A stretch of DNA of 64,000 nt from an uncultured Bacilli bacterium (GTDB lineage: Bacteria; Bacillota_I; Bacilli_A; RFN20; CAG-631): positions 173,361 through 237,360 of the forward strand of contig CAKPXF010000001.1 in assembly GCA_934201705.1 (NCBI GenBank), in the 5' to 3' direction. The position numbers were made by a program, and so were the translations under genes. Below, piece after piece: positions 9,897-19,991 of the stretch (its first letter is position 1; each line of letters begins with the position of its first letter). The notes beneath the pieces are model-generated. The model ran no database searches, was not told the DNA's origin, and saw nothing but the letters and a program-made list of their open reading frames with translations.

Positions 9897-12602
9897 ATGA
9901 AAAAATCAAAAACAATTTTGTTTTCCTTGCTTGGTATTTTATTCGCTTCGTCAATAATATCGTGCAAAATAGGAAGTGAATCAAGTGACAAACTTTCAAA
10001 TGAAATAAGCAGTGAACCATCAAGTAGTGAATCTTCAAGTGAAACAAGCAGTGAGTCTTCGAGTGAATCATCAAGTGAAGAATACGAAACAAATAGTGAA
10101 TCATCAAGTGAAATAGAAGGTACTAGTATAACTATCACTTTTGATACAGATGGTGGTAACGTAATAAAAGAAATGGCTGTTTTTAAAGATAAGTTTGTAA
10201 ACCTTCCAACACCAACAAGAGGAAATGATGTCTTTTTAGGATGGGAGTTTGAGAATAAATTATATACGAGAATAAAAATTACTAAAGAAATTAAACTAAC
10301 GGCAATATGGGCGCCTTATGGACTTGAGTTTGACACTTTAGAAGATGATACTTTATCAGTTATTAGATATACTGGTAATGATAAAAATGTAATATTACCA
10401 AAATATGTTTCAAGAATAGATACCAGTGCCTTTAAAAATTGTAGTAGTTTAGAAAATGTAGAAATACCAAATAGCGTAACTAACATTCAGGTTAATGCAT
10501 TTAATGGTTGTAGTAGCTTAACAAGTATAAAGATACCAAGTAGTGTAAGCTATATAAGTTGTTCAGCCTTTACTAATTGTAGTAATTTAGCAAAAATTGT
10601 AGTTGATAACGATAATAAAACATATGATAGTAGAAATAATTGCAATGCAATAATTGAAACTTCAACGAACACTTTAATTCAAGGCTGTAAAAACACTAAA
10701 ATTCCAAATGATATTATAGCTATTGGAGATAGTGCTTTTGAAGGTTGTAGCGATTTAGTAAATATAGAAATACCAAATAGTGTGAAAGAAATTAGAATCT
10801 CCTCATTTGAAGGCTGTAGTAGCTTAACAAATATAGAAATACCCAATAGCGTAGTAACTATTGCTTCTTTTGTATTTAAAAATTGTAGTAATTTGAAAAA
10901 GATAAAAATATCAAAAAGTGTAGAATCAATAAAAGAAAGTGCTTTTTTAAATTGCAAAAATTTAGAAAAGATAGAAGTTGATAAAAATAATAGAATATAT
11001 GATAGTAGAAATAATTGCAATGCAATAATTAAAACTTCAACAAGCACGTTAGTAATTGGTTGCAAAAACACCATAATTCCAAACGACATTAAAAGTATTG
11101 GATGGTCTGCATTTGAGGGATGTAGCAATTTGAAGAGTATTACAATTCCAAATAGTGTAACAACGATTGGTATAAATGCCTTTGGAAATTGTAGTAATTT
11201 AACAAGTGTTGAAATGCCAAATAGTGTGACATCTATTCGAAGTTATGCTTTTAAAGGCTGTAGTAGTTTAATAAACTTAAAAATATCAAATAATGTAGAA
11301 AATATTGGAGAAAATGCTTTTGAAGAATGTATTAGTTTAACAAGCATAGTTATTCCAAATAGTGTAGAATACATTAATTCTTTTGCATTTAGAAAATGTA
11401 GTAATTTAAAAAGTATAATGATATCAAGTAGTGTAAAGCAGATAGAATATAATGCATTTTTCGATTGTGATAATTTAGAAAGAATAGAAGTTGATAGTAA
11501 GAATGAATTATATGATAGTAGAAATAATTGCAATGCAATAATTGATACTTCAACGAATACTTTAATTCAAGGCTGCAAAAATACTAAAATCCCAAATAAT
11601 GTAACAAGTATTGGCGCTTTTGCCTTTTTGGGTTGTAGTGGTTTAACAAGTATAATTATTCCTAATAGTATAACAACAATTGGGTATAGTGCTTTTGAAG
11701 GATGTAATAATTTAACAAATATAAAAATACCAAGTAGTGTAACAAGTATTGGCTATTGTGTTTTTAATGGATGTAACAAATTAGAAAATATAATTGTAGA
11801 TAAAAATAACAAAGTATATGATAGTAGAAATAATTGTAATGCAATAATTGAAACTTCAACAAATGCTTTAATAATAGGCTGCAAGAATACTAAAATTCCA
11901 AATACCATAAAAAGCATTGAAAAATATGCTTTTAAGGAATGCAGTGAATTAAAAAGTATAGTTATACCTAATGGCGTAACGAAAATTGGCTCTACTGCTT
12001 TCTGGCTATGTAATAATTTGACAAATGTAGAAATGTCAAATACTATAACAAGCATTGAAGATAATGTATTTGCAGGATGCAGTAGCTTAAAAAAAATAAA
12101 AATACCAAATAGTGTAACATTCATTGGACCTGGAGCATTTTCTTATTGCAATAATTTAACAAGTGTAGAAATGTCAGAAAGTTTAACATACATTTATGAT
12201 TATATGTTTAATGGATGTAACAATTTGGCAAATATAAACATTCCAAATGGGGTAACACGTATTGGGCCTAGTGCATTTTCTTTTTGTACTAGCTTAGAAA
12301 AAATAGAAATACCAAATAGTGTTACATTTATTGGAAACTGGGCATTTTCTTTTTGTAGTAGTTTGAAAAATATAAAATTACCAAATAGTGTAGCAACTCT
12401 TGAATATGATGCGTTTTATGGCTGCAAAAATTTAAAAAGTATATTCATACCAAGTAGTGTGACATATGTTGGTAGAAATGTATTTTCAGGCTGCTACAAT
12501 TTAACAATATATTGTAAAGCTAACGAAATTCCAAGCAAATGGTCAAAAAGCTGGAATCCTGCTTATTGTAAGGTTGTTTGGAATTCCATAAATAATGCTT
12601 AA
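9897..12602 (+). CDS. BspA-type leucine-rich-repeat (LRR_5) surface lipoprotein
   Basis: Signal peptide + lipobox IISC; Ser/Glu-rich low-complexity linker; >25 copies of ~23-aa unit (IPNSVTxIGxxAFxGCSxLTxI); RBS AGGAG. Confidence 0.7.
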   Translation: MKKSKTILFSLLGILFASSIISCKIGSESSDKLSNEISSEPSSSESSSETSSESSSESSSEEYETNSESSSEIEGTSITITFDTDGGNVIKEMAVFKDKFVNLPTPTRGNDVFLGWEFENKLYTRIKITKEIKLTAIWAPYGLEFDTLEDDTLSVIRYTGNDKNVILPKYVSRIDTSAFKNCSSLENVEIPNSVTNIQVNAFNGCSSLTSIKIPSSVSYISCSAFTNCSNLAKIVVDNDNKTYDSRNNCNAIIETSTNTLIQGCKNTKIPNDIIAIGDSAFEGCSDLVNIEIPNSVKEIRISSFEGCSSLTNIEIPNSVVTIASFVFKNCSNLKKIKISKSVESIKESAFLNCKNLEKIEVDKNNRIYDSRNNCNAIIKTSTSTLVIGCKNTIIPNDIKSIGWSAFEGCSNLKSITIPNSVTTIGINAFGNCSNLTSVEMPNSVTSIRSYAFKGCSSLINLKISNNVENIGENAFEECISLTSIVIPNSVEYINSFAFRKCSNLKSIMISSSVKQIEYNAFFDCDNLERIEVDSKNELYDSRNNCNAIIDTSTNTLIQGCKNTKIPNNVTSIGAFAFLGCSGLTSIIIPNSITTIGYSAFEGCNNLTNIKIPSSVTSIGYCVFNGCNKLENIIVDKNNKVYDSRNNCNAIIETSTNALIIGCKNTKIPNTIKSIEKYAFKECSELKSIVIPNGVTKIGSTAFWLCNNLTNVEMSNTITSIEDNVFAGCSSLKKIKIPNSVTFIGPGAFSYCNNLTSVEMSESLTYIYDYMFNGCNNLANINIPNGVTRIGPSAFSFCTSLEKIEIPNSVTFIGNWAFSFCSSLKNIKLPNSVATLEYDAFYGCKNLKSIFIPSSVTYVGRNVFSGCYNLTIYCKANEIPSKWSKSWNPAYCKVVWNSINNA
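10560..11900 (+). repeat. Intragenic near-identical DNA repeats (~100-150 bp modules, 4 copies of the VDxxNKxYDSRNNCNAII...GCKNTKIPN block) inside the LRR gene
   Basis: Blocks beginning ~10598, ~10976, ~11494, ~11798 share long identical runs (e.g. tatgatagtagaaataattgcaatgcaataatt). Confidence 0.7.
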
Positions 12603-12630
12603 TAAACTATATTATAGTGAAAATAAAGTA

Positions 12631-12658
12631 AAAAAGGTCGAAATTAATCGACCTTTTT
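12631..12658. terminator. Bidirectional rho-independent terminator between LRR gene and HAD hydrolase gene
   Basis: Perfect hairpin aaaaaggtcga-aattaa-tcgaccttttt flanked by A/T runs on both strands. Confidence 0.6.
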
Positions 12659-12672
12659 AAGGTGAAATAATT

Positions 12673-13326
12673 TTATAATAATTCTTTAAAATCTTTAATG
12701 AATTTATAGGAATATTTTTTCTTTAATTCATCTTCTTTTGTAGAGTATTCATCATATACTCCAATTGCTACATAGTTATTTTCATAAGCTGTTTTTAAAT
12801 TAATTGCTATATCTTCAAAAACGGCTGTTTTTTCAGGCTTTACATTTAAAATGCTTGATACATGATTATATAGCTTAACATCATCCTTACCTGTTCCAAC
12901 AATGTCAACGTCAGCAATATAATCGAAGAAATCATATATTTTTAATCTTTTTAAGCAAGGTACATATAGATTTTTATCACTAGCTGTAGCTAAAGCAATT
13001 TTTACATTGTTTTCTTTTAGTTTTGTTAAAAATTCGATAACATTATTTTTTAAAGGAATGTTATATAAATATTCATTTTTAGCAAGTTCTTTCCATTCTT
13101 CAATTATACTTTCAATACTATCAGTAATGTGATATTTGTTTTTAGTAAATACAGCAGCATCATATAAACCAATATGAGCTATTTCATCAACATAGTTTTT
13201 GGGAATTTCCATATTTCTTCTTCCAAAAAAGGAAGTATCAACTTTAAACCATACAGATGTTGAATCAATTAAAGTGCCATCTAAATCAAATATAACAGCT
13301 TCTATTTCTTTGTTTATTAGCTTCAT
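12673..13326 (-). CDS. HAD-superfamily hydrolase (beta-phosphoglucomutase/phosphatase-like)
   Basis: HAD motif I FDLDGTLIDS near N-terminus, 217 aa. Confidence 0.7.
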   Translation of the reverse strand: MKLINKEIEAVIFDLDGTLIDSTSVWFKVDTSFFGRRNMEIPKNYVDEIAHIGLYDAAVFTKNKYHITDSIESIIEEWKELAKNEYLYNIPLKNNVIEFLTKLKENNVKIALATASDKNLYVPCLKRLKIYDFFDYIADVDIVGTGKDDVKLYNHVSSILNVKPEKTAVFEDIAINLKTAYENNYVAIGVYDEYSTKEDELKKKYSYKFIKDFKELL

Positions 13327-13377
13327 TCACCATCACCCATTAAATTATAAAGAAAAAAGAAGATTTTTGCAATCTTC

Positions 13378-13914
13378 TTAGTAATTAACAACTTCTCTTT
13401 CAAAGTAAGCTTGTGGATGTGCACATACTGGACATACCTTTGGAGCAGTTGTACCAGTGTGTAAATAACCACAATTTCTACATCTCCAAACAACGATACC
13501 TGTTTTACTTGTAAATACTTCATCGTTTTCAACATTCTTAAGTAAGGCTTGATATCTTTCTTCATGAGATTTTTCAATTTCAGCAACCATTTCAAATTGC
13601 TTAGCAATTGCTAAGAAACCTTCTTCTTTAGCAACACGCGCAAATTCTTTATACATGCTAGTCCATTCATAATTTTCGCCTTCAGCAGCTGCCTTTAAAT
13701 TATTTTTAGTTGTGCTGATTCCTTCTAAATGCTTAAACCACATTTTAGCATGTTCTTTTTCATTATCAGCTGTTTCTTGGAAGATTTGAGCGATTTGTTC
13801 ATATCCTTCCTTTTTAGCAACGCTTGCAAAATAAGTATACTTATTTCTAGCTTGTGATTCTCCAGCGAAAGCTGCTTGTAAATTCTTTTCAGTTTGTGAT
13901 CCTTTTAGTTCCAT
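13378..13914 (-). CDS. rbr: Rubrerythrin (ferritin-like diiron domain + C-terminal rubredoxin-like CxxC...CxxC)
   Basis: ExxH diiron motifs and C-terminal CRNCGY...CPVCAHP. Confidence 0.85.
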   Translation of the reverse strand: MELKGSQTEKNLQAAFAGESQARNKYTYFASVAKKEGYEQIAQIFQETADNEKEHAKMWFKHLEGISTTKNNLKAAAEGENYEWTSMYKEFARVAKEEGFLAIAKQFEMVAEIEKSHEERYQALLKNVENDEVFTSKTGIVVWRCRNCGYLHTGTTAPKVCPVCAHPQAYFEREVVNY

Positions 13915-13916
13915 TT

Positions 13917-14297
13917 TTATTTCTCCTCATTTATTTTATTTTTGCATTTATTGCAAATGCCATATAGGAATAAATCCTTTTTAATTACATCTATGTCGGA
14001 CTGATTAATTTTAATAGTGATTTTATTTTTATCAATATCAATAACATTATGGCATTTTAAGCATTCAAAGTGATAATGATCCTCTTTAATAGTTTCATAC
14101 ATTGTCTTGTAATTGCTATAAATTTTCTTTATCTTTTTTTCTTCAGTTAATATAGTTAAGTTACGATAAATGGTAGACAATGACATATCATCCTTTTCGT
14201 CCTTAAGAATATTAATTAATTCTTCAACTGTTAAATGACCATTTTTATCAATAGTATTATATATTTTACATTTTTGATGTGTATTCCTATATTGCAT
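13917..14297 (-). CDS. perR: Fur-family peroxide-responsive repressor (PerR-like)
   Basis: Fur-family fold with HxH and CxxC...CxxC; start placed at ATG 14297 after RBS GAGAGGAGA (ORF-track GTG start 14312 lies inside the RBS). Confidence 0.7.
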   Translation of the reverse strand: MQYRNTHQKCKIYNTIDKNGHLTVEELINILKDEKDDMSLSTIYRNLTILTEEKKIKKIYSNYKTMYETIKEDHYHFECLKCHNVIDIDKNKITIKINQSDIDVIKKDLFLYGICNKCKNKINEEK

Positions 14298-14438
14298 AAA
14301 ATCTCCTCTCACTATTAATAATCATTCCTAATAATAATTATACATTACTTTTTAAAATAGTCAATATTTAATACAAAAATACACATTATATTCATATTAT
14401 TACCATTAATTAAATAAATATAATGTGTATTTAAATAG

Positions 14439-15758
14439 TTACCAATCTAAAGAATCAATATTAGTTAAAAAATCTATTAAACTAATTCTTAAAAAGCCTT
14501 CGTTTGTATAATAGTGCTTTCCTTCTTCTTTAACAACAATTATTTTCTTAAAAGAATCAGGAATATTTCTTATAGATTCATATTCTTGATTTTTCTTTTC
14601 TTCTGTATCAATGCGTAACGCAACTTGTACATAATATTTCTTTTCACCATTATTTGCAACAAAATCAACTTCAGTGTCTTTAACGACGTATTGTATTTTT
14701 CCATCTTTATTGATTTTAGTATTAATTTTTACTACTCCGACATCAACATTAAAACCACGATATCTCAATTCATTATATATAATATTTTCAATTATATCTG
14801 TTTCATCAATATCACGAAAATCTAATGTAGCATTTCTTATACCAATATCTTCAAAATAAACCTTATAAGGTGTACCAATATATTTTCTTCCTTTGACGTC
14901 ATATCTAAATGCTTTATTTAATAAATATCCTTCTTCAAACCATGTAATATAGTTAGAAATAGTGTCATTTGTAAATTTTTTATTATAGACGCTTTGGAAT
15001 GTCCTTTCTATTTTGGTTGGATTAATGGGCGTTGAAATCATTGATGCGATTACATGCAATGTATCATTCAAATTATTTGTATCTATATTTGGATGTCTAT
15101 CCTTAACGTCCTTTATATATATTTCATTTAAAATAGATAATGCTTGTTTTGCTTTATTATTTTCACCCTTTTGAAGTTGTACTAAAGGTAGGCCACCATA
15201 TTTGATATATTCATCAAGTGCATCTCGTTTATAAGTATCTACTCCTGATAAGTATTCTAAAAAAGATAATGGCAATAAATGGATTCTATCAGCCCTTCCA
15301 GCAAATTCAGTGTCAACTTGAGAAGACAAAAATTTTGAATTGCTACCTGTAACATATATATCATAATTTTCATGTCTTAAAAATCCATTTAATACTCTAA
15401 CAAATTCATCAAGATTTTGAATTTCATCAAATAAAAAATAATAATATCCAGGATTTTTTGCCTTTTCTTGAATATATAATAAAAACTTTCTATTATTTAT
15501 TAGTTTTTGACCATTTGAATCAAAACTTGTTTTTTGCTCAGGTAAGTATTTATCAAGCTTAGCGATGTCTTCTATAGAATCAAAGGCAAATTGAATGATA
15601 TTATTAGGATTTATTTTTTTAACATTTATAAGGTAATTATAAAAAATTACATTTAATAAATATGTTTTGCCACATCTTCTTATACCAGTGATTAACTTTA
15701 CTAAATGATTATCTTCACCATTAATTAATTGCTTTAAATAATAGTTCCTATTAAACAT
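14439..15758 (-). CDS. AAA+ ATPase of the DUF4143 family (N-terminal P-loop, C-terminal DUF4143-like domain)
   Basis: Walker A GIRRCGKTYLL, Walker B LFDEIQ, 439 aa typical of this widespread family. Confidence 0.6.
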   Translation of the reverse strand: MFNRNYYLKQLINGEDNHLVKLITGIRRCGKTYLLNVIFYNYLINVKKINPNNIIQFAFDSIEDIAKLDKYLPEQKTSFDSNGQKLINNRKFLLYIQEKAKNPGYYYFLFDEIQNLDEFVRVLNGFLRHENYDIYVTGSNSKFLSSQVDTEFAGRADRIHLLPLSFLEYLSGVDTYKRDALDEYIKYGGLPLVQLQKGENNKAKQALSILNEIYIKDVKDRHPNIDTNNLNDTLHVIASMISTPINPTKIERTFQSVYNKKFTNDTISNYITWFEEGYLLNKAFRYDVKGRKYIGTPYKVYFEDIGIRNATLDFRDIDETDIIENIIYNELRYRGFNVDVGVVKINTKINKDGKIQYVVKDTEVDFVANNGEKKYYVQVALRIDTEEKKNQEYESIRNIPDSFKKIIVVKEEGKHYYTNEGFLRISLIDFLTNIDSLDW

Positions 15759-15860
15759 TTTATGCCTCCTATGTCGACGCTTTGAATATTTTCATTAATT
15801 TTGTCGACTTTATAATATCATTTTTAAAAATTATTTGCAATCATTCTTTTTAAATAAAAT

Positions 15861-15878
15861 AAAAAGCTACTAGCTTTT
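15861..15878 (-). terminator. Putative terminator downstream of clpB
   Basis: Short hairpin aaaagcTACTAgctttt followed by T-rich run on minus strand. Confidence 0.4.
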
Positions 15879-15902
15879 ATAGGCTAATAGCTTAATAAAT
15901 TA

Positions 15903-18011
15903 TTATATTTTTTTGATGACGATTTGATTATTTTCATAATCAAGTAAAACATGATCATTTGGTTTTATTGACTCATCAACAATTTTTGTTGCAATAATAG
16001 TTTCAATTTCCTTTGAAATGAATCTTTTAATTGGACGAGCACCATAATCATATGAGAATGAGCTATCAATAATATATTGTTTCAAATTGTTTGAAAAATC
16101 AATAGTAATTCTATTTTCATATAGTTTTTCTTTTAATTGATTCAATAATTTATCAACAATTTTAACACATACCTCTTTAGATAATGGGTTAAATACAATG
16201 ATTTCATCAATTCTATTTAAGAATTCAGGCTTGAATGTTTTTCTTAATAATTCATTAATTTTATTTGAGCAATCACCTTTATTTTCAAGTAGATATTCAC
16301 TACCTAAGTTACTTGTCATAATGATAATTGTATTTTTAAAATCAACAGTTCTACCTTGTGAATCAGTAATTCTACCATCATCTAGTATTTGAAGTAATAG
16401 ATTAAATACATCAGGATGAGCTTTTTCAATTTCATCAAATAAGACAATTGAATATGGATTACGTCTTACAGCTTCAGTTAATTGACCGCCTTCCTCATAT
16501 CCTACATATCCAGGAGCAGCACCGATTAATCTTGAAACTGAATAACGTTCCATATATTCTGACATATCAATACGAATAATATGGCTTTCTGAATCAAATA
16601 AGGCTTCAGCTAAGCTTTTAGCAACTTCTGTTTTACCAACACCTGTAGGACCTAAGCATAAGAATGAACCAATAGGTCTATTTTGGTCTTTAATACCAGC
16701 TCTTTGACGAATAATAGCATTAGATATAAGTTCAAGAGCTTGATCTTGACCAATTACACGTTTTTGTAATGTTGCTTTTAGATTCAATAGTTTTTCTCTA
16801 TCTCCTTGCATTAGCTTTGAAACAGGGATGTTTGTCCATTTAGCAATTACTTCAGTTACTTTATCCTCATCAACTACATCACTTAAAATTTTATCCTTAT
16901 CATTTTTAATAAGATTGATTTCTTTTTCAAGAGTTGGAATTGTTGAATATTGAAGCTCAGCAGCTTTATTGTAATTACCATCTTGTAAATATTTATCTAG
17001 ATCAAATCTTGCTTTTTCAAGATTTTTCTTTAATTCATTTACTCTTTGGATTTCTCTTTTTTCATTTTCCCATTTTAAAGTTAAATCCTTATTTTTAGCT
17101 TTTAATTCTTCAAGCTCAGCAACTATTTTATCAAGTCTATTCTTACTTAATTCATCCTTTTCTTTACTTAAAGCAGCTTTTTCAATTTCAAGTTGCATTA
17201 TTTTACGATTAAGTTCATCAATTTCAGTAGGATTTGATTCAAGCTGCATTTTAATTGAAGCACAAGCTTCATCAATTAAGTCAATAGCTTTATCAGGTAA
17301 GTATCTATCAGTAATATATCTATTTGATAATGTTGCAGCACTAACTAAGGCATTATCAGTGATTTTAACGCCGTGGAAGGCTTCAAAACGTTCCTTTAAG
17401 CCTCTTAAAATTGAAATTGTATCTTCAACTGATGGCTCTGTAACTAAGACCTTTTGGAAACGTCTTTCAAGAGCAGCATCTTTTTCAATATATTCACGAT
17501 ATTCATTTAATGTTGTAGCACCAATACAATGTAACTCACCACGTGCTAGCATAGGCTTTAGCATATTTGAAGCATCAAGAGCACCATCTGATTTACCAGC
17601 ACCAACAATTAAGTGTATTTCATCAATAAACATAATGATGTTACCATTTGATTCCTTAACCTTATTTAAAACAGCTTTTAGTCTTTCCTCAAATTCACCA
17701 CGATATTTAGCACCAGCAACTAAGGCTCCCATATCTAGCTCATAGATTATCTTATTCTTTAAATTATTAGGAACATCTTCTTTAACAATTCTTTGAGCTA
17801 GCCCTTCAACAATGGCAGTTTTACCAACACCAGGTTCACCAATTAAAACGGGATTATTTTTAGTTTTTCTAGTTAATATCATAATAATATTTCTAATTTC
17901 TTCATCCCTACCAATAACTGGATCCATTTTACCCTTTTTAACTTCTTCAATTAAGTTTCTACCAAATTTTTCTAATATATTTTCATCATTACCATAATCT
18001 TTAAATTCCAT
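15903..18011 (-). CDS. clpB: Chaperone ClpB (Hsp104-class disaggregase) naturally lacking the N-terminal domain
   Basis: Two AAA modules ([16 protein letters not shown]), long coiled-coil M-domain between them, 702 aa; ORF begins ~17 aa before NBD1 with RBS AAGGAG. Confidence 0.85.
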   Translation of the reverse strand: MEFKDYGNDENILEKFGRNLIEEVKKGKMDPVIGRDEEIRNIIMILTRKTKNNPVLIGEPGVGKTAIVEGLAQRIVKEDVPNNLKNKIIYELDMGALVAGAKYRGEFEERLKAVLNKVKESNGNIIMFIDEIHLIVGAGKSDGALDASNMLKPMLARGELHCIGATTLNEYREYIEKDAALERRFQKVLVTEPSVEDTISILRGLKERFEAFHGVKITDNALVSAATLSNRYITDRYLPDKAIDLIDEACASIKMQLESNPTEIDELNRKIMQLEIEKAALSKEKDELSKNRLDKIVAELEELKAKNKDLTLKWENEKREIQRVNELKKNLEKARFDLDKYLQDGNYNKAAELQYSTIPTLEKEINLIKNDKDKILSDVVDEDKVTEVIAKWTNIPVSKLMQGDREKLLNLKATLQKRVIGQDQALELISNAIIRQRAGIKDQNRPIGSFLCLGPTGVGKTEVAKSLAEALFDSESHIIRIDMSEYMERYSVSRLIGAAPGYVGYEEGGQLTEAVRRNPYSIVLFDEIEKAHPDVFNLLLQILDDGRITDSQGRTVDFKNTIIIMTSNLGSEYLLENKGDCSNKINELLRKTFKPEFLNRIDEIIVFNPLSKEVCVKIVDKLLNQLKEKLYENRITIDFSNNLKQYIIDSSFSYDYGARPIKRFISKEIETIIATKIVDESIKPNDHVLLDYENNQIVIKKI

Positions 18012-18033
18012 AATGTATCACTCCTTAATTAAA

Positions 18034-18060
18034 TTAGCACTCTATTATCTCAAGTGCTAA
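18034..18060. promoter_or_regulatory. CIRCE operator 1 (HrcA binding site) upstream of clpB
   Basis: TTAGCACTC-TATTATCTC-AAGTGCTAA: 9-N9-9 inverted repeat, one mismatch to consensus TTAGCACTC-N9-GAGTGCTAA. Confidence 0.7.
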
Positions 18061-18079
18061 TTATATTATACCACACTTT

Positions 18080-18106
18080 TTAGCACTGTCAATAGGCGAG
18101 TGCTAA
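18080..18106. promoter_or_regulatory. CIRCE operator 2 (HrcA binding site) upstream of clpB
   Basis: TTAGCACTG-TCAATAGGC-GAGTGCTAA: one mismatch to consensus. Confidence 0.7.
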
Positions 18107-18177
18107 AAATCTAATAATATTATATTCATTATTTAAAAAAATATGATAATAAAAAGTGATTATCAATTAAGTAATAT

Positions 18178-19035
18178 CTATTCATTGTAATATTGCAAAT
18201 TGTAATTACTATTTATAAATAATTTTTTAGGAATTATTACAAAATCAAGATATCTACTAACAACTAAAGCACCACCATATATAAAGTTTTCTTTAATAGA
18301 AAATTTTGAATCATTAACCCTAAAATTTGAATATTTTATATTTGCTGTTCCACTAGTTTCATCTCTTACAACACATAAAATAACATTAGCGTCAAATATA
18401 TTTGAATTAAAATAATTATCTATATTACTTCCTATAGATTTTTCAAATATAGCTACTAATTCATCAAAAGACAATATAAAATGATATCTTCTTTCTTTAA
18501 AAGAAAGATTATACTCATTACCAACAAAGTCAGGCCATACATATACTTCATCAAAAGAATAACTTTGATAATAAATAGTTTGATTTAAAGAATTACTTTT
18601 TGTATCTTTTATTATTTCATTTCCATTTTTAAATATTTTAATGATTTCATGATTATCAAATTCATTATTTTTTAATTCTAAAATAAACCACCAATGACCA
18701 CTTTTATTATCATTTTTAACTTGTTTTGTTTCTATATATGCATTTAAAGTTTCATTATCAATTGAGTATGATGAAATTTCACTTGTATTTGTTTGATTTG
18801 ATTCAATATTTTTAAAAACTAAAAGATAGTTCTTTTTAAAAAATGAATCATTATATTTATTTGGTGTGTCATTTTTTAATAAATCAACTAAGCTAAAATA
18901 ATTATCAATGATATTAATTTGGTTTATTTTACTATCAGCAGCAAAATTTGTACTTATGTATGTAACTTTTAAATTATTGTTAAAGCAGCCATTAAAAATA
19001 ACTTTTTAAATTTGTTTTTAAACATTATGTTTCCT
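18178..19035 (-). pseudogene. Frameshifted gene for a secreted/lipoprotein-like protein (18-aa signal-peptide ORF in one frame, ~285-aa body in the +1 frame)
   Basis: RBS GGAGG + ATG at 19035 gives MFKNKFKKLFLMAALTII then TAA; adjacent frame is open without ATG from ~18965 to 18178. Confidence 0.45.
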
Positions 19036-19593
19036 CCAAGTTGTTTTATGATTTTACTTTTAAAATTTTTCTCTATATTAATTTTATTTTTAAGTCAAAA
19101 ACTATAAAATTGAACCTTAGTAATTTATTCTAAGGAAAACTAAATTATCCAAAGAAATCTTCCTGTTCTTAAAATTACTTTCATTTTTTATCAATCCTAA
19201 CGCTATTGAACTAGAACCTACAACAGGTTTAAAAAGAACTAATGTATTCTATGTCCATCCATACTGTTCTTGTGAAAAATGACATTGTGAAAAAATTATG
19301 AATACATTAGATACATTCTTCCAAAGGTAACTATATTTGAATCATTAACAAAAGAGTTATGTGATTTAATGATGTCACATATAAATTCGACTAAAAAGCC
19401 ATCAGTTAATGGGACTCCATATGAGTATATGGCATTAATTTATGGAGCAGAAATCTTAGATAAAAAGAAGATTGATCATTTTGAAGTCACACTTAAACCA
19501 AGTCTTCTAAAATAATCAATCTTTTTAGTTTAATCCATTTTTGCGGTCACCATAAAATGAGTAAGAGCCCAATTTATTAATCACTTTGAATAA

Positions 19594-19977
19594 TTATTTT
19601 AACTTATTTGCCCAAAGGGAATGCAAGTTACAATATGCGTAGGCTGTTAAAACTTCTTCACCATCTAATAAAGCAAATTTTGCAACTGGTTCTTCATTTG
19701 GACGTAAAGTTTTTCTTTGATTTCCCTTATTTGTAGTAATTGAAATCCATTCGATATAATGTTCTTCTACCATTGGATGAGTAACAGTTCCAACCTTAAC
19801 AGTAACGACATTATTTTCAACACTAACAACTGGCACGTGCTTTTCGCTTGAAGCATCAACCATATTACATACTAATTCTTCCATTTCTTGGTTACAACAA
19901 TAAATAGGACATTTTTTCTTTAAAACCATTGCAACAATTTGTCCGCAGCATTTACATTTATAAAATTTTTGTTCCAT
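19594..19977 (-). CDS. dfx: Desulfoferrodoxin (2Fe superoxide reductase)
   Basis: N-terminal desulforedoxin CxxC...CC motif, C-terminal neelaredoxin-type His/Cys ligands, 127 aa. Confidence 0.8.
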   Translation of the reverse strand: MEQKFYKCKCCGQIVAMVLKKKCPIYCCNQEMEELVCNMVDASSEKHVPVVSVENNVVTVKVGTVTHPMVEEHYIEWISITTNKGNQRKTLRPNEEPVAKFALLDGEEVLTAYAYCNLHSLWANKLK

Positions 19978-19991
19978 ATGTTCTCTCCTTT

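Noticed and set aside
10679-12124. Three antisense ORFs (149, 96, 123 aa) inside the LRR gene
   Set aside because: They mirror the sense-strand repeat structure (repetitive low-complexity products), have no RBS and overlap a gene with clear LRR architecture: artefacts of repeat DNA.
18012-18120. CtsR operator (GGTCAAA direct repeat) upstream of clpB
   Set aside because: No GGTCAAA heptads present; the repeats are CIRCE-type instead.
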